NCBI GenBank assembly: GCA_004022145.1
Contig: RCNU01000025.1
Direction: 5' to 3' (one strand)
DNA: 40,125 bases
Source: Paecilomyces variotii
Lineage: Eukaryota
The position numbers and the translations under genes were made by a program. Positions 11,057 through 22,252 of this stretch are shown in pieces. How positions within the stretch are numbered: position 1 is the stretch's first letter; each line of letters begins with the position of its first letter. The notes below the pieces were generated by a model. The model was not told the DNA's origin, searched no databases, and was given only the letters and a program-made list of their open reading frames with translations.

Positions 11057-12330
11057 CTACCCAATCTCTATATATGTTTCCCCGCTTTGGCTCAGAATAT
11101 CTGCCAGGAACGGTGTCTTGAGGATTTTCTTATTAGCCAACATTATCAATATCCCCTAAAACGTAATAAGCCAAAGCAAAAGAGTGATGCCTGATAGAAC
11201 CTAGCATAAATAAAACAAAGTTAGTGAAAATTTTGTTGAAGACAGTCCGCGTGGATAAGTAACTTGCCGTTGCAAAGATCTTAAAGAATGTTGACGACAG
11301 TTGATTACTGATCATTATTGTTGCCATAGCTAACGTACCTACCAAGTTCAGAATATGCCGCTTTAGTGCACGAAAAAAATTCAGAAAGGATATAATACCC
11401 GTCGGGAATGTTGTACTCCACCAATTGATGTTAAAAGAGACCTTTGCTCTGACTGCTGATGTTGCTGCAAAAAGGAACCACCACAACCCACACGCCCAGA
11501 AAGGGAGGCCGGCTACCAATCCTATCTTGGAGAAAATTTCCTCCGGACCTGGTGCCCTAGAAGGTCTGAGTCTCACGCTGCATAATGGATAAGCTTATAT
11601 GCATCCTACCAGGAGTAACTGATCACCAATTTCTCCCAATCTCATAAGCCTAAAAACACCATTAGTGAAATGTATCGTATGTATTTGGCTGTGAGTTGAG
11701 GTATACCCAAACGCGCCGTATCCAAATGGACCTGTTGGCAGAGCTAACGACACTATATGCTCCTTTGGTGGCATATTGGTCTCCAGTATGTTGTAGACAT
11801 AGAGTATAATGAAAGCCATGGCTGGAAGTATGCCAATACTCCACAGGATATAGCTTGTGATAGCCGTCTGAGTTATCTGACGTTCGCTCGAAAGGACTTC
11901 CGCAATAACCCCACCCGAACTTGCAGAGACAATCGGCGCAAGAAATGGAAATAACCCGCTCGTCGTCATGACCGATGACTTTATACCGTGGGTCCAGAGT
12001 CTGTGGTTGAGATGAGCAGAAAAATAAGAGGAAGCAAGAAGAATAAAAAATAGCCACTTACATATTGAAGGAGACAAGGCAGCAGACCAGAATCGAGAGA
12101 GAGACATCTACCCACCACAGAATCCAAGCTAGTTGAATCGGCCAGCAATTGCAGCTATGCGGTAGAGTGTCCAAGTATATACGGGAAACTCCGCACACTA
12201 TGAGGAATGGGCAATAGGAAAAGGCGAGAGCTATTGCAAGGTCATTTAAGTAGACATCGATTTCTATACTAATCATACCCAGATTCCTGGGTCAGTAATA
12301 TACTGTATGGCGTTGTAATGATGACGTATG
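11057..12330 (-). pseudogene. TDT/SLAC1-family (Ssu1/Mae1-like) anion/dicarboxylate transporter, multi-exon, premature stop in last exon; 5' end uncertain
   Basis: LAWILWWVDVSLS, APIVSASSGG, LALPTGPFGYGAFG, LPFWACGLWWFLFA, FNINWWSTTFPTG motifs; in-frame TAG at 11156-11158; natural stop 11057-11059; no clear start ATG found. Confidence 0.75.
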
Positions 12331-12488
12331 CGTCAAACTGTAACTACTGCAATTGCTATAATGTATTAAGGGTATATACACGCTGGCAACTTTTCAATCC
12401 CAGAGCCTGAACCTCAGAAACTCCGATATAATTACAAATGAAAAACTTTCTTGACCCCTCCGATACAGGCTTGGTCTATTACTACATA

Positions 12489-12562
12489 GCGCTTATTTGT
12501 CACTTCCATCACAACTTTCCAAATACAGTAACTAACTGGGCGTCCCGGTAAGCAGACCCACA
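12489..12562 (+). repeat. Dispersed non-coding element, copy 1 (core plus TCCCGGTAAGCAGACCCACA)
   Basis: GCGCTTATTTGTCACTTCCATCACAACTTTCCAAATACAGTAAC...TCCCGGTAAGCAGACCCACA; matches copies at 12984, 14563, 14638, 26308 (rc) and 28859. Confidence 0.9.
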
Positions 12563-12983
12563 ACGTAACGAGCTAACAGTGATGTTCCAAAAGTTTTTGA
12601 ACACCCCCTGTACGGCGTAACCTACAGTACTCCGTATATGAGAGTCGGTTCCTATTGGGCGACTGACTCCTAATGCAGCTGACTACTTCATGGCGCTAAC
12701 CCGAAGGGGAAGAGAGTCCTTACAACCTACAGCACCTGCCTTAACCGCTCTCACCGCCTGCTGGATACGCCGAACGGAGAAAATGCTGAAATTTCCAGCA
12801 CATCTATTGCAGGCGGTTTCTCGTAGAACTGAGACATTCAGCGAGTCAGAAAGGTTGTATGCGCCATATCAGTATATGTAGAAGGTATTCTGGTCAATAT
12901 ATATAAGCGTTCACACCGGCAGAAAGTTATGTAACCAAGGGGCGTGGGCAGAGTTTTAAACCTTAACTATGAAACATGACTGT

Positions 12984-13023
12984 GCGCTGATTTGTCACTT
13001 CTATCACAACTTTTCAAATACAG
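12984..13023 (+). repeat. Dispersed non-coding element, copy 2 (~160 bp upstream of merB ATG)
   Basis: GCGCTGATTTGTCACTTCTATCACAACTTTTCAAATACAG. Confidence 0.9.
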
Positions 13024-13074
13024 GACTTTCTCGTACTACTCGTAAAATCTGTTTGGCCAAATACGTGTAAAGGT

Positions 13075-13080
13075 TATAAA
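13075..13080 (+). promoter_or_regulatory. Candidate TATA box of merB
   Basis: TATAAA ~100 bp upstream of ATG 13182; it overlaps the upstream ATG 13080, arguing against that start. Confidence 0.4.
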
Positions 13081-13181
13081 TGTTCTGTTCTCGATGCGTC
13101 CGTTGCTGTCGACAAAAAAATTCAACTACACATTTCGTCCGTCCCTCACAGGCCTGCTATTCCCTAAGCCTGAATTCGCCA

Positions 13182-13820
13182 ATGTCACAGAAAAGCTCCG
13201 TCTCGCTTGAATATGAGCAACTTAAGAACCAGTTACTCGCCGACATGATGGCAATACCAGCATTCTTCCCGGCACTTCTCCGACTTGTTAGCAGAGGAGA
13301 ACCAGTACCCATTGCTGCTCTTGCTACCGAAGTACACATACCAATCCACGATATCGAACAGTGGCTCCGTCAACAGCCCGGGACCGACTGGGACAGCCAG
13401 GGACGGCTGCTCGGTTTCGGCCTTACCCAGCGCCCGACAAACCACCGATTTGTCCTGGATGGCCGGACCCTTTACACATTCTGTGCCGCAGACGCCTTGA
13501 TTTTTCCAGCCCTCCTTGGCCAAACCGCAAATGTTGAGTCCAGATGCGCGGATTCAGGCCAGCAGGTTCATGTCAAGGTTGAGCCAAATGCGGTTGTGTT
13601 TGCCGACCCTGGACAGACAATGGTTTCACACATTCCCGGGTCTCTGAGCAGTTGTGACATCAGAAGCACAGTATGTAACCACGGCGTTTTCTATGCCTCG
13701 GTTGAGTCTGCGCTTCACTGGCAAGAGAGACACCCCAACGGGGTGGTCCTTCCAGTTGAAGAGTTCTTCAATATTTGTTTAGCTGGATTGAAGAAGGCAG
13801 GCCTCATTCCATTTACGTGA
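13182..13820 (+). CDS. merB: Organomercurial (alkylmercury) lyase MerB, intronless, 212 aa
   Basis: Colinear with bacterial MerB: ALLRLVSRGEPV, DWDSQGRLLGFGLTQRPT.HRF.LDGRTLYTFCAADALIFPALLG.TA.VES.C, DIRSTVCNH..FYAS; C101/D104/C165 correspond to the MerB catalytic Cys96/Asp99/Cys159. Confidence 0.93.
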   Translation: MSQKSSVSLEYEQLKNQLLADMMAIPAFFPALLRLVSRGEPVPIAALATEVHIPIHDIEQWLRQQPGTDWDSQGRLLGFGLTQRPTNHRFVLDGRTLYTFCAADALIFPALLGQTANVESRCADSGQQVHVKVEPNAVVFADPGQTMVSHIPGSLSSCDIRSTVCNHGVFYASVESALHWQERHPNGVVLPVEEFFNICLAGLKKAGLIPFT

Positions 13821-14562
13821 AAGCCTGCGAAAGCGCAGTCATAACTATCTTATCCTGGGACGCGTCCTCTATTACTAAGTAGAGTCCCATCCGATCGAAT
13901 GGCACATATAACTATCTGAAGCTAAGTCGACTAAGTGTATAGCTACAATATCGGAATCTATGTAGGCTCCCAGCAATCCTAGTAAGCAGACACACACTTA
14001 TATTTAAAGTGGCAGTCAAGAAGCAGGAGTTCGCTTGACATGACATCTCAGATCCCCCGTATCATTACATAGCGACTGGACGCCTTTTTATACTCATGAC
14101 ACTGAAAGTTGTCGACTTCATTTGAGACTTTATCGGAACAAGTTCGTAATATTGGAGAAATTTTCTGAGGCTGGTTAAGGGTAGGGAAGCGTGTGTTGCA
14201 AATATTCTTGGGCGGCGGTGTAGCCTTCGCTTGTCCCATTCCTTATTTCTGAACTGGGTGTAGGGACGGGCAAGAACGATGCTGAAGACTTACCATAACC
14301 ATACAATCCATGATAACAGACTCTTATAGTAATGCATGTCCTTGACTGAATTTAGAATTTAGGGAAAGTGAATGACGAGGAGCAGAATAAGCCCAATCGA
14401 GGTCAATCAGTCAGTCCCTCGTACGGTTCGTTCCTTCTCCCACCAAGTGACTAGCTGAGGTTACCATAACGTTGCATCATCTATGCCTTCAGACTCGAAG
14501 TATTTGTGTGTCTATTTTGCTTTCCGTTAAATTCGTACTCCGTATAGTGCACAATGATGAAA

Positions 14563-14684
14563 CCAACCCTTATTTGTCACTTCTATCACAACCTTTTAAA
14601 TACAGTAACATCCCGGTAAGCAGACCCACATGCAAGGCCAACGCTTATTTGTCACTTCTATTACAACTTTTTAAATACAGTAAC
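14563..14684 (+). repeat. Dispersed non-coding element, copies 3 and 4 (tandem, 75-bp period)
   Basis: CCAACCCTTATTTGTCACTTCTATCACAACCTTTTAAATACAGTAAC at 14563 and CCAACGCTTATTTGTCACTTCTATTACAACTTTTTAAATACAGTAAC at 14638, separated by TCCCGGTAAGCAGACCCACA. Confidence 0.92.
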
Positions 14685-15084
14685 TCTGTACTCCGTACCG
14701 CTATGAACAAGGATTTATAGCCTATTATAGAGGTCAATCAGGATACGCTAGTGCCTTTGCAGAGCACTAAATCCAAAAATTTATAAATTTTATCCAAAAT
14801 TTTTTCGGCCGCTTAGGCTCTTAGCCAAGAAAAACTAATTCTAATTATGTTAATATAAGTGCTTATTTTCCCTTAAAAAGGGGCAAAGCACGGAATAACC
14901 GTGGTAATTTATGTAAGGGACGGTTATATGAGGATGGGACTACTGTTTAAATATGCAGTGTCTACTGCTTTAACTCGAACCAAACCTCATCTACCTTCTG
15001 ACTACGAACGGTCTTCACTGTATTTTGGCTTTCGTCCTTAACAACTCCATCTTTAACTGCCCGCGCCTTTTTCTTCGTGTTACT

Positions 15085-16202
15085 ATGTCGAATTTCGAAG
15101 GAGCTTATCCCGAATTGAGGGGAAAAGAGATGGCTCTCGGGAGTAGTCACCAGGGTATCTTGGAAGGCTCATCCCAGCAGAAACTGTCGACTTTACGTCC
15201 AGGAGAATTCGAGAAAATGTATATGTCGCCCGCGAACAAGGTGGATGGAAATTTGCGACCAATCTTTGGCAACCCCACTCCCCTGTGAGTCTTCATTCGA
15301 CTAGTACACTAGGGCTTCCATATTCTGATTCAAACAAAACCGATAGTGGCTTGTTGGGCATGAATCTCAGTGTGAGCCCTCTTTGCTGCCAGTTAATGGG
15401 ATGGGCTGGAGCTGGCGGTGGAGGTGCTGCAACGGTGTCAGTTTCATCCCACATGTTGAATAAATAGGCTTCAATTCTCTGTGGATCTGACCAGCTTGTT
15501 TGGACAGCGGCGCTTTCTATTTCATAGGTGGGCTCCTTATGACTCTGGCAGGCGTTCTAGAGTTCATTCTCGGCAACACCTTCACATTTGTCGTCTTCTG
15601 TTCTTTCGGTGCGTTGATTTACAAAGTATGTCATGACAATATGTCATCCGACTGATTTAAACAGGTGGCTTCTGGTTTTCTTTCGGGGCGACTCTGACCC
15701 CGGCATACAATGCGACAGGGGCGTATAACCCGTCAAATCCAATGAACCCGGAATTTCACTCATCATTTGGTATTATGTCTCCTGGTGTTATCAATGAGAA
15801 ATTCTAACAGATGATTTTCGACAGCTTTTTTTGCGTTATTCATGGGCTTCCTCTGTTTCGTATACCTTATCTGCAGCTTTCGGATCAACTGCGCCTGCAT
15901 GATAATGTTTCTCTCTATGACACTTGGCTTCTGCTTAATGGCAGGTACTTATTGGCTTATTGCGCGCGGAAACATGGATCTTGCTGAGAAAACGCAAGTT
16001 GTTAGTCCATCTCTTCACTAACCCCGTGTGTCAATTACTGACAACATGCAAGGTAACTGGAGCTTCGCTTTTTGTGACGAGCATGTCAGGCTGGTATTAT
16101 TTCGTGGCAGAGCTGTTCTCAAGCATTGGCATGATGTCAATCCCAGTGGGGGATCTCAGTCGTTTTGCTAAGCGTATCGGCCTTATGGAGAATAAAGACT
16201 AG
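15085..16202 (+). CDS. GPR1/FUN34/YaaH (SatP/AcpA-like) acetate/short-chain carboxylate channel, multi-exon
   Basis: FGNPTPLGLLG, LMGWAGAGGGGAA, LEFILGNTFTFVVFCSFG, GWYYF, IPVGDLS; GT-AG introns (first donor at 15285) keep the frame for the first three exons checked. Confidence 0.88.
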
Positions 16203-16782
16203 ATGGGAAGGCTTGGGCACGTTGGATATGGCTATGTGTGTAACAGATGTTTGATGTAGTGAGAGGTGAGGTTAACTAGGCAGTGGTGTGTTGATGCGGG
16301 TACTGTCGTCGATTTCGACTACATCAAATCATGGTCTTTAGTTTGGGTGAACTCGGCGAGGAAGCAAAGGGAATATGGGCTATTGTTTTTTAGTGCAAAA
16401 CGCCCTGGATAATAAGATCCCGGTTCACTTTCATCTCCTAGGTTGTTGCTTGACGGAATCAATGGAAGGTGGTTGATGAATTCTCAAACAACACAGCCTC
16501 CGAAACCACCACGCTTGCCCCCAGATCTATAAGGATCCGTCAATAATGCTTACACACAACAGAATTTCTATAAGGGTGGCATTGCGGGTAACATTGCACC
16601 TGGCCCGGTTAGACTCAACGTCGCTTTGGGTTATTCCCAAGAATTAGCCATATGATTGCTACTATTCGCTTGTATGCGGAGAAATGGAAAAGTTGCCAGA
16701 ACTGATTAGATCCGCTTATGAGTAGGTTGGTGAACACGTATATTTTCAGTATTGGCCGGTTAAAGAGAATGCAGAAAAGAAA

Positions 16783-17692
16783 CTATTTCACTGAAAGCCT
16801 CTGCTTGCATAAGGTTTTCTTCCTTGCCAGGGTGGCGAAGCCACCGCCGCGTATACATAACATGCTGAGACAGGACACGGTAGTTCTGCCGAAAAGTGAA
16901 TGCGGTGGTTCAGAAAAGAAGGTACTGTAGGCAAACATCAACATGGCAAAACCGCTTGTGTATAAAACTTCAGTCATAAAAGGCTCAGATGTCTCTTCAT
17001 CTTGGAATAATTTTATGCTTGCCAAACGGAAAGCGTTGAGAAGGACTGAATCATTTGAGCTCTTTCTCTCCTTTGAAAAAGGCTCGTTGACAGCAGGCAC
17101 TGTGTTTGATGATGTGCCTTGAGAAACGGCAGTTTCCCTAGCAGCTGAACAGTAAGAAGGAGACGATGTTGGGTCACCATTCTTCTTGCGATCCTCATAT
17201 GAAGTTGTGACAGGCACCGGTGTCCAGTTGAGGTCTTTCGATTTCAGTGTTCCACGAACTTGGAGCTCCCCAACACTGGCATGACAAGAAGTAGCCGTAG
17301 TTGACGAGATATCACAGGACAACAGAGCAGTTCTTCGTTACTAGAGTCAGATTGTTGTGCAACAAAGAAATAGCAGGGTTTACCTTTCCTTGTTGACGGC
17401 GCTTATTAGTTGAAAAGAATCCGGCGCGGAGATTGCAGTCATAGTGTTCTGCCTAGTTTTGGGATTTGCTAATTCTCCAGTTTCCATAAAGGTTACCAGG
17501 TAAGTTCTCGTGTTGTTCTCCTTCTATGACTTAGTTGAGACTCATATCCTTTGAACGGGAAATAGAAAATACCTCACTCAGGATCCCTGCTTGCAACTTC
17601 TGATCATGAATCCCGGGCAAAAGAAGATCCACTTCCGGAAATGCGCATATGAACGGAGAAAAGGCTAGGATTATGTAGAGAAATGAACGCAT
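16783..17692 (-). CDS. Hypothetical secreted Ser/Thr-rich protein (exon structure and intactness uncertain)
   Basis: Signal-peptide-like MRSFLYIILAFSPFICAFP at 17692; downstream S/T-rich ORF 16783..17322 with a hydrophobic patch. Confidence 0.4.
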
Positions 17693-18553
17693 ATTTGGTT
17701 GTGCTGAAGATAACGTCGAATGCTCTAGAAGAGGCGGACGCTTCATTGGCTCTTAAGTCTAAGAGGAAATGTTTTAATAAGTGGCTTCGAATAGCCACGT
17801 GTGCAAGAGAAACTTATCATTCATGTTCCGCAGACGAAATAGTATGTTGAGGCTAAGATAGTCAGCTTGTTTTTCCAGAAGCAAGCCGAGGGAATTAATT
17901 ACGCCTTCGGTAAGAGATCTAAACGTTGGAGAGGATAAACAACTGGTAAACGGTCTTGAAGACTGTTTTCGATAATTAGTACCTTTGTGTTATGAGGCAC
18001 AAAGTTCTGAAAAGTCTAAACGAAATTATTTAGCTGTTGGTCAACTGACAATGTGGCAAGCTCTCGACATGTCGGGTCCTGAAAAAGGGTCACTGGTGCT
18101 GTTAACGAATCAGTTTTCGAACACGTCAAGAAAGGCTTACTGTACAGTTCACTATTGACAAGCTGATCCCATCATTTTCCTTAACCATGAAGGATCCAAG
18201 TCATTATTTAGGCCATAATTTTCTGCCTCCGAAGGCAGATTAACATCCCAAGGTGTCCGCACGACTAATCTGGTGCCCACCTAGTTTATCATACATTCCA
18301 GGACATTAAACTCCAGAAACTATTGGCTTCTTCTGTTTTATCATACATAACGGAAAAGTCCATTTGCAGCAATAACCCTGGCTTATGTAGCGTACCCGGG
18401 CCAAATTCCGTACGAAATACTCAACGGACACATCCACACAGCATGATACAGAACATCCACCGTCATCATTACCACTAGATATTCACGGACATGCTTCCCT
18501 TCTTATCACCATCCCCCAATCTTTCTCTGTTTATGAAGGTGTGACAAAGTGTT

Positions 18554-19089
18554 CTATTTTGCTTCAAGCATTACATGTTTCACTTGCCGACTCTTCTCCT
18601 TGACAAAGGGTCCGAAATTCCGTACGGCTTCCTCGTCGAAGAACCCCCAGGCAATGTGCTCATGCGACACAGTAACGGGAACCTTAGCACCAAGCTGCGC
18701 AACTGATGTGTAATAAACCATCCGCAAGCCCTTGAGCTTGAATGTTCTTCTGTATACAAGCGGAAAAACGGCTTCCGGTGAAACAACTACGCCAATTTCC
18801 TCTTTCGTCTCACGCAAAGCAGTGTACTTCATGGTGGCCTCTTTACCAAGCTCATATCCACCTCCCGGCCCCTCCCAGCTCTCACCCCATGATCCGTAGC
18901 GTCGACGTTGAATGAGAAGGGCCTGTTGATTGGATGAATCGAATGGGTCTTGGCGAAGAATGATGAAGCCAGCGCTGAACCGGTCGATGTCGGGTTCTCT
19001 TTTTGAAGAGCAGGCACAGGTATGTCGACGTCTTCAAGCCTCAGCAAAACGGGCTCAGCAGGTGGCTTGTTGGGCAGCACAGATCTCAT
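18554..19089 (-). pseudogene. NUDIX hydrolase with one frameshift near 18990
   Basis: Frame upstream of ATG 18832 reads DRFSAGFIIL..ALLIQRRRYGSWGESWEGPGGGYELGKEATMKYTALRETKEEIGV (Nudix box) then SHEHIAWGF; N-terminus MRSVLPNKPP..QKENP lies in another frame. Confidence 0.78.
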
Positions 19090-19686
19090 TGTCTCAAACT
19101 CACGAGTGGTCGGGAGAGAACCTTTTTGACTTGGATGATAGATACTTGAGAGAGCTCCGAATGGTTCTCGGAAATCTCCTCACGGCTTCCCTTTATATAC
19201 GACGTATCTGTGTGACTCATTCGTATAGAGCAATGACGTGGCTGGGGGAGAGGGGATAATTGAGCTGGAATTGCATTTTTCAGTAACTGAAGGGCCTGTG
19301 ATCTACCATATCCAGCATTCCTATGTCCTATGGTCTTCCATTGGACCCGCAAAGCTATCGTGCTTCCTGACCCACAGCTCGGCCCAGTGGATCTAGACCA
19401 AAGACATGAAGTTGAAGATGTGATGGCTGATCATCGACCGCATTAGCGGTATTTTACGGTGGCGCTGGAAAATGGCACAATCAGCTCTATTCGAGGCTGG
19501 CGGGCGGGGTGAGTGGATACCAGAAGACGTAAAGTAATTCTTAGTCTCATTCTCTCAGCCGGGATATCCGTATTGAGCAACGCGGGAGATAGCACAGCGT
19601 GACTTGTGCTGGAACCCAGGATGATCCCAATATGAATTACGATCCGCCGAATATCTCCCATGAGCTTGGAGCCATTAAATCTCTAA

Positions 19687-20249
19687 GCAGGTATTGTCAT
19701 CCGACCGTGTATCACGCTGACCAAAAAGATAAACTTGACTCATTGCAACTGTTCTAAAGTGCGATTCGATGATGCACTAGGGGTGGTCTCAGGCGGCATC
19801 CGGTTGGCCTTCGGTCTCTGAGCTGGGTTCTGAAAATTACACGTGTCCGCAATTTTCCGCCCTCTCAGTCGATGACCAACTACAGTTCCTGTCCTGGCTG
19901 TTTGAGGGTGCCGTATCTCATTGCGCTCCCGCGCCGAGCACAAATGACACCTTTGCATCAAGATACATATCGAATCAGGATGAAGACAGGACACCTACGT
20001 CCAGCAACTCAAGCACAAGCGGCGAAACAGCCGATGCAGAACATACACGTTCCTCAAGAGAAGGCCTACCATGGTCCGTGGAAGAGGATCGCCTACTGGT
20101 GAAGCTCAAGGAGGAACAAAACCTCGCTTGGTCGGAAGTGATTAAGCAATTTTGGTCAAGAATTCCCCGGGAGGAGTAACGGCTCCATACATGTGTACTG
20201 GAGCACAACGCTTAGGAAAAAACGGCTATCTTTAGCGAAAGACTCATAG
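19687..20249 (+). pseudogene. Myb/SANT-like domain protein, frameshifted in the T-run at 20150-20153; 5' end uncertain
   Basis: SVDDQLQFLSWLFEGA ... GLPWSVEEDRLLVKLKEEQNLAWSEVIKQF / GQEFPGRSNGSIHVYWSTTLRKK*; missed by the ORF track. Confidence 0.72.
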
Positions 20250-20569
20250 GGAATTGCTATCGGTTTGCTGATGCTGATGTAACTTAAGAAGTGTGCATTC
20301 CGTTTATGTTTACTGTGACCGTAACCACAACGACCCCTGACATTGGCCAGTGTCGGCTATCTCGCTGTTTCGCATACACCGGCCGATGCTTCGTTATGAC
20401 CGTAAGGTGTTCTGCGGCCGCGTCATAACCAATGGAGAACGAATGCCGGCCCTTGGAGGTTATTCTATTACTCAACATGTTCAAGACGCATTATCCTTGT
20501 GACCTCATCTCTTGTCCATTGTTGACTGCCTAAACAGCGGCGAAGGCTTATTCTTCACATGGAGTCTTC

Positions 20570-20781
20570 CTAGCAAAAGTCGTCGAAAATCCAGTTTTCG
20601 TGGATTCTTGTTTTCTCCTCTTCGGTTTCAGCAGCATACAAGCCTGGAATTGTTCATCTGCTTTGGACTGTGCGCGTTCCAGTCGTAGACATTCCGTCAA
20701 TTCGTCATCTGAAATAGATATTGGACAAGGTGTTCTCGCATCACGAGTCAAGTCCGTCCACTTCCTAGACAGTGTAATCAA
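20570..20781 (-). pseudogene. C-terminal remnant of a second APH-like phosphotransferase
   Basis: KWTDL..TPCPISISDDELTECL..QSKADEQ and, in another frame, EEEKTRIHENWIFDDF, typical of fungal APH-family C-termini. Confidence 0.5.
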
Positions 20782-20838
20782 ATTTCTCTTGATATGGTGG
20801 TTCTTTCTACTTGTCTGCTTCTGGGAGACCAGCCTGTT

Positions 20839-22252
20839 CTAATTGTATATTCCGATCACTTGTTGGAGTTGATGATCATTTTGGTAGCACTTCATGGCCT
20901 CTGGCTTCCAGGTCTCCCAATGGAAATCATCAGTGATGCCCATAGCTCCCAGAAGTCCGGCAAAGAGCCCAAGGAATCCTTTCCAATCAGTGAGGTCGTA
21001 GCCGCAACAAAATCGGAATCTGTGGATGAGCCGGCCATTCCTGACAATCGTTGCGAGATCCGGATGCCCTTTTGCTTCAAGGCACTTCGCAAAGAACACT
21101 TCGTCTTCACCGATAGAATTTTCGCCCGCATAAAAATCAGCAACGGGGAGCAGGACAATCGGTGAATTAAATGCTCCTGACTTAGAATCCGTATGCGCCC
21201 ACTCCCAGTCGATGATACCGGTGATATTAAACTCATCGTCGACAAGTATTTGGTCTCCCTTCTCGTTCGCATGCTTCAAGTAGAACTTTCCATCGTCAAG
21301 ATGACTTCGAGAGCAGGCTTCCGGGACTTTGTCCAAGAGAAACCGATGAATCAAAAACGCATCGACTGCTCGATCGACGTACGACTCCTGTCGAATGATC
21401 AAATCCAAAATTAATTGGATATGTGCGCTAAAGTACTCTTTAGTAGAGAAGAAGGGGCCGAGCGCTTTCATCTGGGAACCATGGTACTCTGTCAAGGACT
21501 CTCGAGCAAAGGGTCCAATATCATGAGATCCAGGATGGTGCATAGAACCCGTCATAGCGAAAGGATGAGCATACAGCTCTATGTAGATGTCCGCAAGCTG
21601 ACTTGTCACCTTTCTTCTTTGCTCAGGAGTGGCAAGAGACCAGCGCAAGGAACGTCCAGGAAGCTTCTCCATTAGAATATATCCAACGCCAACAGGGTTC
21701 GGTTCACAGAAATTGAAGTCAAAAACTTTCGGAGCTGGGACTTTAGTTTCACTAAGAAACTGCAGGGTTGAGACCTCGCTGCGCAGAATGTAATCTCGCA
21801 GCTCCGCTGGCGGAGAAGTGGCGTTGGACCTTCGAATACGCGCCAGCCAAGTGATTCCATCATCAAATAATATCTCGATATGATAATTCATCCCCCCCAT
21901 AACTGAGCTTCGTGTTGATCTATCATATTGAAGATCGTGTGGTATGGAACAAGGGAGTCCTCCCCGAAGAGCTGAGGCTCGAGAAATGAGCGCAGAAATA
22001 TCGATTTTATCAACAAGTTTGGTGATCTCATCTTGTTCGGCTTTCCTGGCGGCGGGGTCGTATTCAGCTTCTTCCTGTCCATAGAAATCAGCATGGCCCA
22101 TGACACCTTTATTTTTGACTTACCTCCCATCTTGGACAGGTGTGGTAACTTGACTCCAGATGTTTCGCACAAAGATGACGATTACATAGAACGCATTCTC
22201 CGTATGTCCGAACAGCGGCTTTGTTGCAGTTTTCGATGTCACACAACCACAT
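20839..22252 (-). CDS. Cys/His zinc-finger plus APH (aminoglycoside phosphotransferase-like kinase) protein, 2 exons, 454 aa; catalytic Asp replaced by Asn
   Basis: Exon 1 22252-22124 (MWLCDIENC..ECVLCNRHLCAKHL..YHTCPRWE), 49-bp GTAAGT..CAG intron 22123-22075, exon 2 with MGGMNYH, WLARIR, SEVSTLQFL, YILMEKLPG, HANEKGDQILV, GIIDWE. Confidence 0.85.

Noticed and set aside
12993-13008. TGTCA-N6-TCACA as a bacterial CRP box co-transferred with merB
   Set aside because: The element also lies beside intron-containing fungal genes, conservation extends asymmetrically beyond the dyad, and the left arm varies; the resemblance alone is insufficient.
13080-13181. Cys-rich N-terminal extension of MerB (MFCSRCVRCC) as a metal-binding tag
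   Set aside because: ATG 13080 overlaps a TATA-like box, and ATG 13182 gives a typical 212-aa MerB; the extension is probably 5' UTR.
12489-14684. Repeat copies as a CRISPR array
   Set aside because: Spacing is irregular (75 bp to >11 kb), one copy is inverted, there are no cas genes, and the DNA is eukaryotic.
12627-14697. Recurring GTACTCCGTA (near 12627, 14535, 14688)
   Set aside because: Short motif that, to my knowledge, is common in Eurotiales intergenic DNA; not specific to this locus.
14472-14720. 82-aa ORF with internal peptide repeat YLSLL.Q.FKYSN
   Set aside because: It is a translation of the tandem non-coding element copies 3 and 4 from a non-ATG start.
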